Shown here: one piece after another, positions 19,949 through 30,982 of the stretch | How positions within the stretch are numbered: the stretch's first letter is position 1 | How the letters are laid out: every line of letters starts with the position of its first letter | DNA from: Nitriliruptor sp. | GTDB lineage: Bacteria; Actinomycetota; Nitriliruptoria; Nitriliruptorales; Nitriliruptoraceae | Assembly: GCF_040882075.1 (NCBI RefSeq) | Contig: NZ_JBBEBZ010000171.1 | Span: 6,540-70,539 of the forward strand | Reading direction: 5' to 3' | Length of the DNA stretch: 64,000 nucleotides | Notes under the pieces: generated by a model | Told to the model about the DNA's origin: nothing | Database searches by the model: none | Seen by the model: only the letters and a program-made list of their open reading frames with translations | Made by a program: the position numbers and the translations under genes

Positions 19949-20389
19949 GTGAACACCTCATCCCCGTCCGCGTCCCGGACCGCCGCGACACCGCCCGCCT
20001 CGCCTCGTGGCGCGGCACCACACCGTGCGGATCGGCGGCTCATCATCGCGGCGATCATCGTGCTCGTCGGTGCCGTCACCCCCTGGATCGACACGGTGGG
20101 CGGCAACGTCCTCGGGGTGCAGGGAGGTGGCCTCTACACCCTGTCCGCCGGTGGGATCGGGCTCGCCGGCGCCTTCATCCGGCGCCGCGGTCTCGCGCTG
20201 GCTCACGCCCTCGTGCTCGCGATCACGCCGCTCGCGATCGGCGGCTGGCAGGTCGCGCGGCTCGTGGCGATCGGGTGCGACTTCCGCGTGTGCGCGCCCT
20301 CGTTCGGGCTCGTGCTGACCCTGATCGGCGGCTTCCTGGCTGCGCTCGCGACCCGGCAGCTGCTCGCCCGTGCGGACCCCGCATCCTGA
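19949..20389 (+). CDS. Hypothetical membrane protein
   Basis: About four TM segments; TAGGGT -10-like box 6 nt before the GTG. Confidence 0.7.
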   Translation: MNTSSPSASRTAATPPASPRGAAPHRADRRLIIAAIIVLVGAVTPWIDTVGGNVLGVQGGGLYTLSAGGIGLAGAFIRRRGLALAHALVLAITPLAIGGWQVARLVAIGCDFRVCAPSFGLVLTLIGGFLAALATRQLLARADPAS

Positions 20390-20783
20390 GCGGGCACGAC
20401 GGGGGCTACGGTCCCTCGTCGTGGGAGCCTGGACGGGAGACCGACGCGACACCGGTACCGACGCGGCGGATGACGCGACGGCCGGTTTCTCCTCGTCGAC
20501 CGATACGCCGGCCGAGGTCGACGCGGCCGCGCAGACCCAGCTGCGCACCGCCCTGGGCTACGGACTGGTCTTCCTGCTCGTGACGGGCACGGTCCCCGCG
20601 CTCACGCTCCTGCTGCCGTGGTGGAGCGAGTCACGTCTGGCGGGCGGCCTGTCCCCGAACTTCCTCGTGGCAGCGGTGGGCCTGTACGTGTTCTTCCTCG
20701 TGCTCGGCATCGCGGCCGCCACGCTCGCGAGCTCCATCGAGGACCGGATGCTCGGCGGCCCCGACCCGGACGGCGGCCCGTGA
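20370..20783 (+). CDS. Small 2-TM symporter accessory protein (DUF485-like)
   Basis: Two TM helices; stop overlaps the start of the second symporter; start uncertain. Confidence 0.65.
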   Translation: MRTPHPERARRGLRSLVVGAWTGDRRDTGTDAADDATAGFSSSTDTPAEVDAAAQTQLRTALGYGLVFLLVTGTVPALTLLLPWWSESRLAGGLSPNFLVAAVGLYVFFLVLGIAAATLASSIEDRMLGGPDPDGGP

Positions 20784-22486
20784 GGTCGCTCGACCTCGCG
20801 ACCCTGATGCTCTTCGGGTTCGTGGTGGTGGCCACCTCCGCGCTCGCCTGGCACCGCACACGGACCACGACCCTGGACTTCTTCCTCGCCGGGCGACGCA
20901 CGGGGACCGCGACCAACGCCTGCGCGATCTGCGGCGACTACCTGTCGGCGGCCTCGTTCCTCGGAGTCGCCGCGGCCGTGTACGCCTCCGGGCTCGACGG
21001 CGTCTGGTACGCGACCGGGTTCGCCGCGGGCTTCGTCCCGGTGCTGCTCTTCGTCGCGGCGCCGCTGCGGCGGCTCGGCGCCGTGTCCCTGCCCGACTTC
21101 CTGGCGACCAGGTTCGCCCCACCGACGGTCGGCCGCGACGCCGCCGCCGCGCACGCGACCGACCGGGTCCGGCTCGTGGCCGTCGTGGCGGTCGAGCTGG
21201 TGATCCTGTCCTACCTCGTGCCGCAGGCGGTGGGCAGCGGCATGACCTGGGAGCTGCTCGTCGGCACGGGGATGCTCGGCCTCAGCCCGTACGCCACGGG
21301 GGTCATCGTGTCCGCGACCGCCGTCAGCGCCGTCGTCGTGGTGGGCGGCATGCGCGGCACCACCTGGAACCAGGCGCTCCAGTTCGGCTTCCTCCTGGCC
21401 GTGCTGGTGTGGCTGGTGGCGATCGTGACCGCAGGCGGGTTCCGCTACGACGTCGCTGTCGAGGAAGCCAGCACCGGTCCGCTGACCGCCGTCGTCGGCG
21501 ACGAGCTCCAGACCGTGCCCGACCGGATCCACGGTGGGGACGCGAGCTTCGCTCGGCCCGGGGCGCGGTACGGCGCCACCGGTCAGGCGGCCCTCCTGGT
21601 CACGCTCGTTCTCGGCACCGCAGGTCTCCCCCACGTGATGAACCGCTACTTCACCTCCCCGACCGGACGCGCAGCGCGGACCACGACCGTGTGGGTCCTC
21701 GGTCTGGCGGGGATCTTCTACGCACTCGCGGTGCTGCTGGGCACGGCCGCGCGCGTCCTGATCCCCCGCGCAGCGGACGAACCGTGGCTCGCAGCACTCA
21801 CCGTCGACGGCGTGCTGCGTGTCCCCGAACACGCACTGCTCGTCCTCGGACGGATCGTCGCCGGGACGACCGGGATCGGTCTCGTCGCCACGGCCGCCTT
21901 CGCCGCGATGGTGTCGACGATCGGTGGCCTGCTCCTGGCCGCGGCGGCCTCGTGGGGGCACGACGTGGTCACCCAGGTGCTCCGACCGGACGCCGGTCCC
22001 GGCGAAGCGGTCGCCGCGGGACGTGTCGCGATCGTCGTGGTGTCCGCGCTGGCCGCGCTCGTCGCGTTGGCGGTGGAGCCGTCCCGGTTGCTCGGCATCT
22101 TCCCCTCCGTCATCGCCACGATGGTGACCTGGGCGTTCGCGCTCGCGGGCAGCGCGATCACCCCGACCCTGCTCACCAGCATCTGGTGGCGGGGCACCAC
22201 CGCACGGGGCGCCGTCGCCGGCATCGTGGTGGGCGGGGTGACCGCGGTGACCGCCCTGGTGGTCGGGCTCTGGAGCGGCGCCGACCCGAGCGTGGGGATC
22301 GGCGCCATCCTGCTCGCGCCGACGCTCGTCGCGGCCCCGCTGTCGACGCTCGCGGTCGCCGTCGTCTCACGGCGCGACCCGGACCCTGGCGATGCGACGG
22401 AGGCGTGGGTCCGCATGCACGGGACGGCGGCGGACCGGCAGGTGGAGCGCATGACCGCGCTCACCCTGCGGGGAGGCCGGCGGTGA
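20780..22486 (+). CDS. Sodium:solute symporter (cation/acetate symporter-like), second paralog
   Basis: NACAICGDYLSAASFLG, GGMRGTTWNQ, GTAGLPHVMNRYFT, C-terminal RMH. Confidence 0.9.
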   Translation: MRSLDLATLMLFGFVVVATSALAWHRTRTTTLDFFLAGRRTGTATNACAICGDYLSAASFLGVAAAVYASGLDGVWYATGFAAGFVPVLLFVAAPLRRLGAVSLPDFLATRFAPPTVGRDAAAAHATDRVRLVAVVAVELVILSYLVPQAVGSGMTWELLVGTGMLGLSPYATGVIVSATAVSAVVVVGGMRGTTWNQALQFGFLLAVLVWLVAIVTAGGFRYDVAVEEASTGPLTAVVGDELQTVPDRIHGGDASFARPGARYGATGQAALLVTLVLGTAGLPHVMNRYFTSPTGRAARTTTVWVLGLAGIFYALAVLLGTAARVLIPRAADEPWLAALTVDGVLRVPEHALLVLGRIVAGTTGIGLVATAAFAAMVSTIGGLLLAAAASWGHDVVTQVLRPDAGPGEAVAAGRVAIVVVSALAALVALAVEPSRLLGIFPSVIATMVTWAFALAGSAITPTLLTSIWWRGTTARGAVAGIVVGGVTAVTALVVGLWSGADPSVGIGAILLAPTLVAAPLSTLAVAVVSRRDPDPGDATEAWVRMHGTAADRQVERMTALTLRGGRR

Positions 22487-23733
22487 CCGTCGCCCCCCTC
22501 GTCGTGGTCGTCACCCTGGTGTGGGTGGTGGTCGCCGTGGTGAGCCAGCAGCTCGCCGACCCGCCGCTGTCGGCGGGTCTGACGATCACCGCGGGCGTGA
22601 TCCTCACCGACGTGCTGATCGTCGGGTACGCCTCGACGCTGCGCGGTCCACGTGCGCGCCGTCGGCGGATCGCGATCCCCGTCCCGACCACGGGGGCCAT
22701 GGAGGACGGGCTCAGCCGCAGCTCGGCCCGCCGCACCGTCGAACTGCTCCGGCCGCTGCTCGGCGGGGATGCCGTCGCGATCACCGACCGGGAACGGATG
22801 CTCGCGTTCGTCGGACCCGGCCACGACCACCACGCCGAGGGGTCCGCGCTGTGGACCCCAGCACGCGAACGGACCTTCAGCACCGGTGAGACGGTGGTCG
22901 TCACCGGCGGGCTCGGGTGCCCGGAGCCGGGCTGCCCCCTCCGCACCGCGACCATCGCTCCCCTCGTGGTCCGCGACACCATCGTCGGGTCGGTGACCGT
23001 CTACCGGACGGCGGAACCTCCGCCGGACTCCGAGCTGGTCGCGTCCGTGGCCGGGATCCTGTCGCTGACACTCGACCTCGCCGACCTCCAGGCGGAGGCG
23101 CGCAGGAGCTCGGATGCGCGGCTCGAGGCCCTCCGGTCCCAGATCAACCCGCATTTCCTGTTCAACACCCTGAACACGATCGCGGCGCGCGTCCGCACCG
23201 ACCCGGAGGCGGCCCGCCAGCTGCTGATCCGGCTCGCGGACTTCTTCCGCTACGCGGTCCGCCAGCACGGCCAGTTCGCGGAGTTCGCGCAGGAGTACGC
23301 CTTCGTGCGGACCTACGTCACCCTCGAGCAGGCCCGTTTCGGCGACGAGCTCGAGGTCGACCTCGACGTCGACCCTCAGGTGCTCGGTGTCGCGGTCCCG
23401 GTGCTCGTGATCCAGCCGCTGATCGAGAACGCCATCAAGCACGGGGTGGCGGCCAAGGTCGGCCGGGGACGCGTGACGCTGCGAGCCCGGGTCGATCCGC
23501 TGGCACAGGTGGTCGAGGTGGTGGTCCGCGACGACGGCGTCGGGATGGACCCGGCGCAGCTCGAGCAGGTCCTGCGGGGCGCTCCCGCCGGTGACGGGCA
23601 CGGCGTCGGGCTGGCGAACATCGCCGAGCGGCTGCAGCTCCTCTACGGCGACCGCCACGAGGTGGACGTACGGTCCACCCTCGGCGAGGGGACCACCGTC
23701 CGCCTCCGGCTACCGATGCGACCGCCCCGGTGA
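22483..23733 (+). CDS. LytS/YehU-family sensor histidine kinase
   Basis: LRSQINPHFLFNTLN, QPLIENAIKHG, DDGVG, GVGLANI. Confidence 0.93.
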   Translation: MTVAPLVVVVTLVWVVVAVVSQQLADPPLSAGLTITAGVILTDVLIVGYASTLRGPRARRRRIAIPVPTTGAMEDGLSRSSARRTVELLRPLLGGDAVAITDRERMLAFVGPGHDHHAEGSALWTPARERTFSTGETVVVTGGLGCPEPGCPLRTATIAPLVVRDTIVGSVTVYRTAEPPPDSELVASVAGILSLTLDLADLQAEARRSSDARLEALRSQINPHFLFNTLNTIAARVRTDPEAARQLLIRLADFFRYAVRQHGQFAEFAQEYAFVRTYVTLEQARFGDELEVDLDVDPQVLGVAVPVLVIQPLIENAIKHGVAAKVGRGRVTLRARVDPLAQVVEVVVRDDGVGMDPAQLEQVLRGAPAGDGHGVGLANIAERLQLLYGDRHEVDVRSTLGEGTTVRLRLPMRPPR

Positions 23734-23773
23734 TCAGCGCGCGTCCGAGGACGACCAGAGACAGGGATCGACG

Positions 23774-24613
23774 GTGACAGCCCGCTGCCTGATCGTCGAC
23801 GACGAGGCTCCCGCTCGCGACGAGTTGCGTCACCTGCTGGCACGCTTCGACGACGTCGAGGTGGTCGGCGAAGCGACGACCGCGGAGGAGGCCAAGGTCC
23901 TGCTGGACGCGGTCGACTACGACGTGCTCCTGCTCGACGTCCGCATGCCCGGCGTCGGTGGTCTCGCGCTGGCCCGCGAGCTGCAGGTCGGTCGCGCGAC
24001 CGCGGACGGGGAGACGAGCCGGGCTCCGGCGATCATCTTCACGACCGCCTACGCCGACCACGCCGTCGAGGCGTTCGACCTCGCTGCGACCGACTACCTG
24101 ATCAAGCCCTTCGACGCCGAACGGCTGCGCCGCGCGCTCGACCGCGCGCTCGGACGCGCCCCGGACCGCCGGGAGGACGACGGGGACGCGGCGTCGGACG
24201 CCCGCGAGACCGCGGTGACCGACGGGTCCGCGCCGCAGAGCACGCCGCGGCAAGGAATCCGGCTGCCCGTCCACCGGGGTGACCGGATCATCCTCGTCGA
24301 CGAGGTGCGGGTCGCCTTCGCCGAGGCCGCGCGCGGGTACGCCGAGCTCAAGCTCGTCGCACCGGGCGGCGCGCCGACCCCGCTCGTCGAGGACAAGCTA
24401 CTCACCAGCTACACCCTCGCTGACCTCGAGACGCGCTTCTCCGACGGCTTCGTCCGAACGCACCGCTCCTACCTGGTCAACCTCCGCCACGTCCGCGAGG
24501 TGATCCCGCAGGTCGGCGGGACCCTGCAGTTGGTCATGGCCGATCACGACCGAGCCGTGGTCCCCGTGGCCCGACGGCAGGCCGCGGCGGTCCGCGCGCG
24601 GCTAGGGGTCTGA
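23774..24613 (+). CDS. LytTR-family response regulator
   Basis: IVDDE, LDVRMP, FTTAY, DYLIKP receiver motifs; FVRTHRSYLVN LytTR motif. Confidence 0.95.
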   Translation: MTARCLIVDDEAPARDELRHLLARFDDVEVVGEATTAEEAKVLLDAVDYDVLLLDVRMPGVGGLALARELQVGRATADGETSRAPAIIFTTAYADHAVEAFDLAATDYLIKPFDAERLRRALDRALGRAPDRREDDGDAASDARETAVTDGSAPQSTPRQGIRLPVHRGDRIILVDEVRVAFAEAARGYAELKLVAPGGAPTPLVEDKLLTSYTLADLETRFSDGFVRTHRSYLVNLRHVREVIPQVGGTLQLVMADHDRAVVPVARRQAAAVRARLGV

Positions 24614-24719
24614 CCGGACGCCCGCGGCCGACGCACGTCTGCCTCGGCGCGGCGACGTTCCCGCGTCGCCGAGCGACACCCCACCGGGCGGGCCACCGGC
24701 CCGAGGCTCGGGGACAGAC

Positions 24720-24890
24720 GTGAGTGGCGCAGCGTGGCGAGGCTCGCCGGGTGGTGACCCCGGTGAGGTGTCGACGTTCTGCGAGCGTGAGCACCGGTGC
24801 TCGTCGGCCTCCTCGCCCTCTACGTGGGAGACCGGACGGTCGCCGAGGAGCTCGCCCAGGACACCCTGGTCCGCGTGTGCGAGTGCACGA
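24720..24890 (+). pseudogene. ECF sigma factor (SigE-like) 5' remnant with frameshift
   Basis: STFCEREH, then in a shifted frame LVGLLALYVGDRTVAEELAQDTLVRVC (sigma region 2 pattern); no region 4. Confidence 0.6.
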
Positions 24891-24974
24891 GATCCGCACA
24901 TACCTTCGACCGCACCGCCACACGCGCATCGTAGGGTCCGGGCGGCACACCTCCGACCGACGGGTGCACGACTC

Positions 24975-26288
24975 GTGAGTTCCTTCAGCGACCGCTTCCA
25001 CGCGACCTTCGTCGCGTCGGAAGCCAGCGATCCCTCGGAGCTCGCTCCCGAGGTGGCCGCCGCGGTGCCGAGCAACGCCACGCGCCTGGTGTCCGCTCAC
25101 ACCCTCCAGAACGTCGGTGACCTCGTCGTGGACGCCAAGACGGTGCTCACCTGGCTGGTCGCCGCGACCGGTGCACCCGCGGCGATCGTGGGGCTGCTGG
25201 TGCCGATCCGCGACGCCGGATCGATGGTGCCGCAGGTGTTCCTCGCACCCCGGGTACGGCGGCTCGCGGTCCGCAAGTGGGTCTGGGTCGGGGGCGGTCT
25301 CCTCCAGGCGGTCGCGGTCGTCGCGATGGCGCTCGTCACGGCGACCCTGACCGGCACGGCGGCGGGGGTCGGCCTGCTCGGCACGCTGGCGGTCTTCTCG
25401 CTGGCTCGTGCCGCGTCCTCGTTCGCCTCCAAGGACGTGCTCGGGCGCACGCTGCCGAAGGGGCAGCGTGGCCAGATCAGCGGGCTGAGCACGGTCGGGG
25501 CGGGGCTCGCGGCGATCAGCGTGGGCTCGCTGATGCGGTTCGTCGGCGGGCAGGACACACCGACCTCGACCTACGCCTGGCTCCTCGTCGCCGCGGCCGC
25601 CGTCTGGGTCGCCGCGGCCGCCGTCTACTCGCGCGTTCGCGAGGCACCGGGTGAGCGTGACGACGGTCCCGCCGAGTCCCCGATCGCGCACGCCGTCGAG
25701 CTGCTCCGCGACGACGCACCCTTCCGCCGGTTCGTCACGACCCGCTCGCTGCTGCTCGTGTCCGCGCTGAGCCCGCCGTTCGTGGTCGCGCTGGCGACCG
25801 AGCGAGGCGGTGCCGGGCTGCAGGGCCTCGGAGCGTTCGTCATCTCCAGCGGCATCGCGGCGCTCATCACGGGCCGGTTCTGGGGGCGCGCGTCCGACCG
25901 CTCGAGCCGGGCGACCATGCAGTGGGCCGCCGGGCTCTCCGCGACGGTCATCGTGCTGTTCGTGGCTGCCGTCCAGGTCGATGCCATCGCCGAACTGCAG
26001 CTCGTGTACCCCGGCGCCTACCTGCTGCTCGCCGTCGCACACACGGGGTCACGGATCGGGCGCAAGACCTACGTGGTCGACCTCGCCGAGGGCAACGAGC
26101 GGACCGACTACATCGCGGTGTCGAACACGGCGATGGGGTTGATCCTGCTCATCGCCGGGGGCCTGAGCGCCGCAGCTGCGACCATCGGCGCCGAGGTCGC
26201 GCTGCTGTTCCTCGCGGCGCTCGGCGTGCTCGGCGTGGTGGTCGCCGCCTCGCTCCCCGAGGTCAGCGCCGGCGCCGAGCACCCCTGA
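24975..26288 (+). CDS. MFS transporter
   Basis: About 12 hydrophobic segments, LLVPIRDAGSMVPQ, WGRASDRSSR, GRKTYVVD; start inferred. Confidence 0.88.
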   Translation: MSSFSDRFHATFVASEASDPSELAPEVAAAVPSNATRLVSAHTLQNVGDLVVDAKTVLTWLVAATGAPAAIVGLLVPIRDAGSMVPQVFLAPRVRRLAVRKWVWVGGGLLQAVAVVAMALVTATLTGTAAGVGLLGTLAVFSLARAASSFASKDVLGRTLPKGQRGQISGLSTVGAGLAAISVGSLMRFVGGQDTPTSTYAWLLVAAAAVWVAAAAVYSRVREAPGERDDGPAESPIAHAVELLRDDAPFRRFVTTRSLLLVSALSPPFVVALATERGGAGLQGLGAFVISSGIAALITGRFWGRASDRSSRATMQWAAGLSATVIVLFVAAVQVDAIAELQLVYPGAYLLLAVAHTGSRIGRKTYVVDLAEGNERTDYIAVSNTAMGLILLIAGGLSAAAATIGAEVALLFLAALGVLGVVVAASLPEVSAGAEHP

Positions 26289-26373
26289 GCCGGGACAGCG
26301 CTCCCCCGGGTCTGCACAGGATCCGCACATCACCGCCACAGGTCACCGACACCGGCGTCGTAGTGTCCAGTCC

Positions 26374-27083
<710 letters not shown>

Positions 27084-27087
<4 letters not shown>

Positions 27088-28121
27088 GGCCGCTCGACCG
27101 GCTCGGCTCCATCAAGCTCAAGCTCGGGGTCGTCATCGTCGTCGCCGTCATCGCCACCGTCGCGGTGATCGAGCTCGGCGACCGTGCCGGTTGGCCGCCG
27201 GTCCCGGTCGCCGCCGGGGCGGTGATCGTGGCGCTCGTGGTCGTGCAGGTGCTCGCGCACGGGATGACCTCACCGCTGCGCGAGATGGCCCGCGCCGCCA
27301 CGAAGCTCGCCGCGGGTGAGGGACACGAACCCGTCACCGCGACGTCACGCGACGAGGTCGGCGACCTCGGCCGGGCGTTCAACGCGATGGCCGAGGAGCT
27401 CGCCGCGACCGATCGGTTGCGACGTGAGCTGGTCGCGAACGCCGCCCACGAGCTGCGCACCCCCATCGCCGCCTTGCGGGCCGTCGCCGAGAACCTCGTC
27501 GACGGGGTCGAGGATGCCGATCCCGCGACGCTCGCCGACGTGCTCGCCCAGACCGAACGCCTCCAGGTGCTCGTCGAGCAACTGCTCGACCTGTCACGGC
27601 TCGAGGCTGGCGTCGTCACCCTCGAACGCCGCGAGATCGATCTGCACGCCACGGCCGAGCGCGCGGCGACGACCGTCGCGACCGCCGATGGCGGGCCGCC
27701 CGTGCGCGTCACCATCCCGGCCGGTTCGCTGCTGGCCGAGGTGGACGAGGGTCGGATCCAGCAGGTGCTCGTCAACCTGCTCACCAACGCTCGGCGGCAC
27801 GCACCGCCCGGTAGCGACGTCGAGATCTCCGGGCATCGGCTCCTCGGCGGGGGTGTGGAACTCGCCGTGGTCGACGAGGGCCCCGGTATCGACCCGCGGG
27901 AGCTCGAGCGCGTCTTCGCCCGCTTCCACCGCACCGACGCCGAGCCGGGCACCGGACGGGGCGGCACCGGGCTGGGCCTGTCGATCTCGCGCGAGATCAT
28001 CGAACGCCACGGGGGGCAGCTGCGCGTCGACCCGACGCACCGGCCCGGGTGCCGCATCGTCCTGACCCTCCCGCCGGCGCCTCCCACCGACCAGCACCAG
28101 GAGCCATCCCGTGTCCGCTGA
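27084..28121 (+). CDS. HAMP sensor histidine kinase (HisKA)
   Basis: AHELRTP, NLLTNA, DEGPGI, GTGLGLSI. Confidence 0.95.
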
Positions 28122-29637
28122 CACCCCCTCGACGTCGACCCAGCCGCCTCCGCCGCCGGGGCCACCGACGGGCGCTCCACCACCGCTGGAGCGTCCGGAG
28201 CTGACGCCGTCGCAGCTCGCGCTCGCCCTCACGGCGGGGCTGATCGCGGCGCTACTGCTCCCCTACCGCGAGGTCGGCATCGCGCTGGTGCTGTCCGGGT
28301 TCGCGGTCGCCGCTGCCGTCGTCGCCAGCCGTCGCGGGGACGACGCCGGCGCCTTCGGTGGCGACCCCTGGCGCTGGACGTTCGCAGCGAACGCCCTCGC
28401 GCTCTCGGTCCTCCCGACCGTCACCGACGCGGCCTGGGTCCTGGCGCTGACGGCCCCGGCTTCGGCCGGACTCGGCCTGCTCGCCGTCGGCGGTGGCCGC
28501 ACCTGGCTCGGCACGGTGGCTCCGGTCCTCCGCACCGTGCTGGTGACCTTCACCGGGCTCGGGGCCGCGAGCCGGGCGATCCAGCGGGCGGTGCCGTCGG
28601 GCGCGAGGTGGGGACGGCACGTCCGCACGGGGCTCGTCACCACCGCGCTGCTGCTCGTCTTCGGTGGGCTGTTCCGGTCCGCCGACGCGGCCTTCGCCGG
28701 CCTCCTCGACGCGGTGATCCCCGAGCTGTCGCTCGATTCCCTGCTCCTGCGGGTGGTCATCGGCGGCATCTTCGCCAGCGGCAGCCTGACCCTGCTCCTC
28801 AGCCGATCTCGCCCCGACGACGACCTGACCCGCGTCCCGACGTCGAGCCTGGCGGGCTCCGAGTGGATCGTGCCGCTCGCGACGCTGGTGGGGTTGTTCG
28901 CCGCCTTCGTCCTGGTCCAGGCTGGGACCCTGTTCGGCGGCGACGCGCTCGTGCAGCGGACCTCGGGGCTGACCTACGCCGCGTACGCCCGGGAGGGGTT
29001 CGGACAGCTGCTCACCGTCGCGATCCTGACCCTCGGTGTCGTCGCGGTCGCCTCGCGGTACGCGGCACCTCGGGACGAACGTGACGCGCGGCTGCGTCGC
29101 GGACTGCTCGCCGCGCTGTGCGGCCTGACGCTCGTCGTGCTCGTGTCCGCGTTCCAACGGTTGTCGCTGTACGAGGCCGCGTTCGGCTTCACCCGGGACC
29201 GGGTGACCGCGCACGCGACGATCGTCTGGATCGGCGTGCTGTTCGTGCTCGTGGTCGTCCTCGGTGCCTGGCGACGATCCGAGCACCTGCCACGCGCCGC
29301 CGTCGCGTGGACCGGGCTCGCGCTCCTGATCTTCGGGATGGTCCAGCCGGACGCCATCGTCGCGCGTCTGAACGTCGAGCGGTTCGAGGCGACCGGGGAG
29401 CTCGACGTCTGGCTCCTGTCGACCCTGTCGGCCGACGCCGCACCGGCGATCGCGGAGCTGCCCGCTGAGGTCCGGGCCTGCGTCTCGCACCGCGGGTGGT
29501 CGTACGGCGGGTCGCCTGAGCGCCTCGCGCTCCCCGACGACCCGCTCGAGTGGAACCGGTCCCGCGCGGTGGCCAGGCAGCTACCCGCCGCACCGGACGT
29601 CCCCTGCCAAGAGCCCGCGGGTGGCAGCTCCCCCTGA
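28111..29637 (+). CDS. DUF4153/DUF4173 polytopic membrane protein
   Basis: LFRSADAAF, TYAAYAREGFGQL, RLSLYEAAFGFT, LSADAAP. Confidence 0.85.
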   Translation: MSADTPSTSTQPPPPPGPPTGAPPPLERPELTPSQLALALTAGLIAALLLPYREVGIALVLSGFAVAAAVVASRRGDDAGAFGGDPWRWTFAANALALSVLPTVTDAAWVLALTAPASAGLGLLAVGGGRTWLGTVAPVLRTVLVTFTGLGAASRAIQRAVPSGARWGRHVRTGLVTTALLLVFGGLFRSADAAFAGLLDAVIPELSLDSLLLRVVIGGIFASGSLTLLLSRSRPDDDLTRVPTSSLAGSEWIVPLATLVGLFAAFVLVQAGTLFGGDALVQRTSGLTYAAYAREGFGQLLTVAILTLGVVAVASRYAAPRDERDARLRRGLLAALCGLTLVVLVSAFQRLSLYEAAFGFTRDRVTAHATIVWIGVLFVLVVVLGAWRRSEHLPRAAVAWTGLALLIFGMVQPDAIVARLNVERFEATGELDVWLLSTLSADAAPAIAELPAEVRACVSHRGWSYGGSPERLALPDDPLEWNRSRAVARQLPAAPDVPCQEPAGGSSP

Positions 29638-30078
29638 AGCGGACGCCCGACGTGCGACAGCGATCGCCTGTGGACGGCCGCCGTGTCACACGGGTCGGGG
29701 CGCACGTCGATACCGGCTGCCGGGATCAGCCGGCGACAAGTTCGGCAGCGGGTGTTGCTGAGATACGGACAACGGGCGTTGCCTACTGGCTCGGCTCGGA
29801 ACCGGGTCGCTGGCGATCGTCGGGTGGCTCACGTTCGCCGGGTGGCTGACGACGCGCTGGTGCGTCACCAGCCACCCACCGACCGTCAGCCACCCACATC
29901 CTCGACCCAGGTCACCGGCGACGAGTGTGTCCGCGGACCGGTGTAGAACCGCCGTAGAGACCTGATGGATCCGGGCGCATCCGAGTGGCTCGCGCATCTT
30001 ACGTTTTGAGACACGAAGGAACGTTGCCACGCCGATGGAACCGTGACACCATCACGGTGGTAGCAGAGGAGGCTTTCC

Positions 30079-30333
30079 ATGACCGTCACCGTCAAGGTGG
30101 ACGCACAGGGCCGCGTCGTCATCCCACAGGCCGAACGTGAACGACTGGGCCTGCCCGATGGTGGTGCCCTCGAGCTCGTCTCCACGCCTGAAGGTGTGCT
30201 GCTCGAGCGACGCCGTCAGGCCACCGTCACCTCCGGCGAAGACGGACTTCCGGTCGTCACCCTCGATGACGTCGGCACGGTGAGCAACGCCGAAACCACC
30301 GAGGCCATTCACCTGCAACGCGATGACCGGTGA
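30079..30333 (+). CDS. AbrB/MazE/SpoVT-fold antitoxin (VapB-like)
   Basis: VKVDAQGRVVIPQAERERLGLPDG AbrB motif; GAGGAGG RBS. Confidence 0.88.
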   Translation: MTVTVKVDAQGRVVIPQAERERLGLPDGGALELVSTPEGVLLERRRQATVTSGEDGLPVVTLDDVGTVSNAETTEAIHLQRDDR

Positions 30334-30740
30334 TCGACACCTCCGTCTTGGTGGCGGGCCTGATCACCAACCACGAGTTCCACGCCATCGCGCGTCCCCA
30401 CGTCGCCGCTGCCGCGCGCGGCCAGGTGCCGGGGATCGTCCTCGCCGAGACCTGGGCGGCCCTGCGGCGTGCGCCGTGGAACCTCGACGCGCGGACCGTC
30501 GAGACGACCCTGGCTCCCTGGAGCGAGGAAGGCCGCATCGTGGCGACACCCGCGTCGGCTTACGCGGAGGTGTTGCGCACGGGCCGGTCCCTGAACCTCG
30601 GCGGGAACGTCCACGACCTCCTCATCGCCCTGACGTGTCGCGATCACGGCCTTCCACTGTTCACGCTCGACCGACGCCAGTCGACCCTGGCAACGGGACT
30701 CGCCGGCCTCGACTCAACGCTTCTGCTGCCCAACGGGTAG
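30330..30740 (+). CDS. vapC: PIN-domain toxin (VapC-like)
   Basis: IDTSVLVA, AET, HDLLIA, LFTLD acidic PIN motifs; GTGA overlap with the antitoxin. Confidence 0.88.
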   Translation: MIDTSVLVAGLITNHEFHAIARPHVAAAARGQVPGIVLAETWAALRRAPWNLDARTVETTLAPWSEEGRIVATPASAYAEVLRTGRSLNLGGNVHDLLIALTCRDHGLPLFTLDRRQSTLATGLAGLDSTLLLPNG

Positions 30741-30982
30741 CCAGGCGTGGCCAGGTTGCGACGGGTAGCGACGGGTAGCGATACCCGGGTTGCCTACCGG
30801 TGGTTCCGCCGCCGAGGGCCCACAACGGGTGGCTGGCGACCGTTGGGTGGCTGGTGACGCACAGGGCGATCGTCAGCCACCCACCGATCGTCAGCAACCC
30901 ATCTCATGCGCGCACGTCCTCCGCGGAAGAAGGATCGGGAACGGTTCCCAGCCCAGGCGGGAACCGCCGTTGTTCGTACCCA

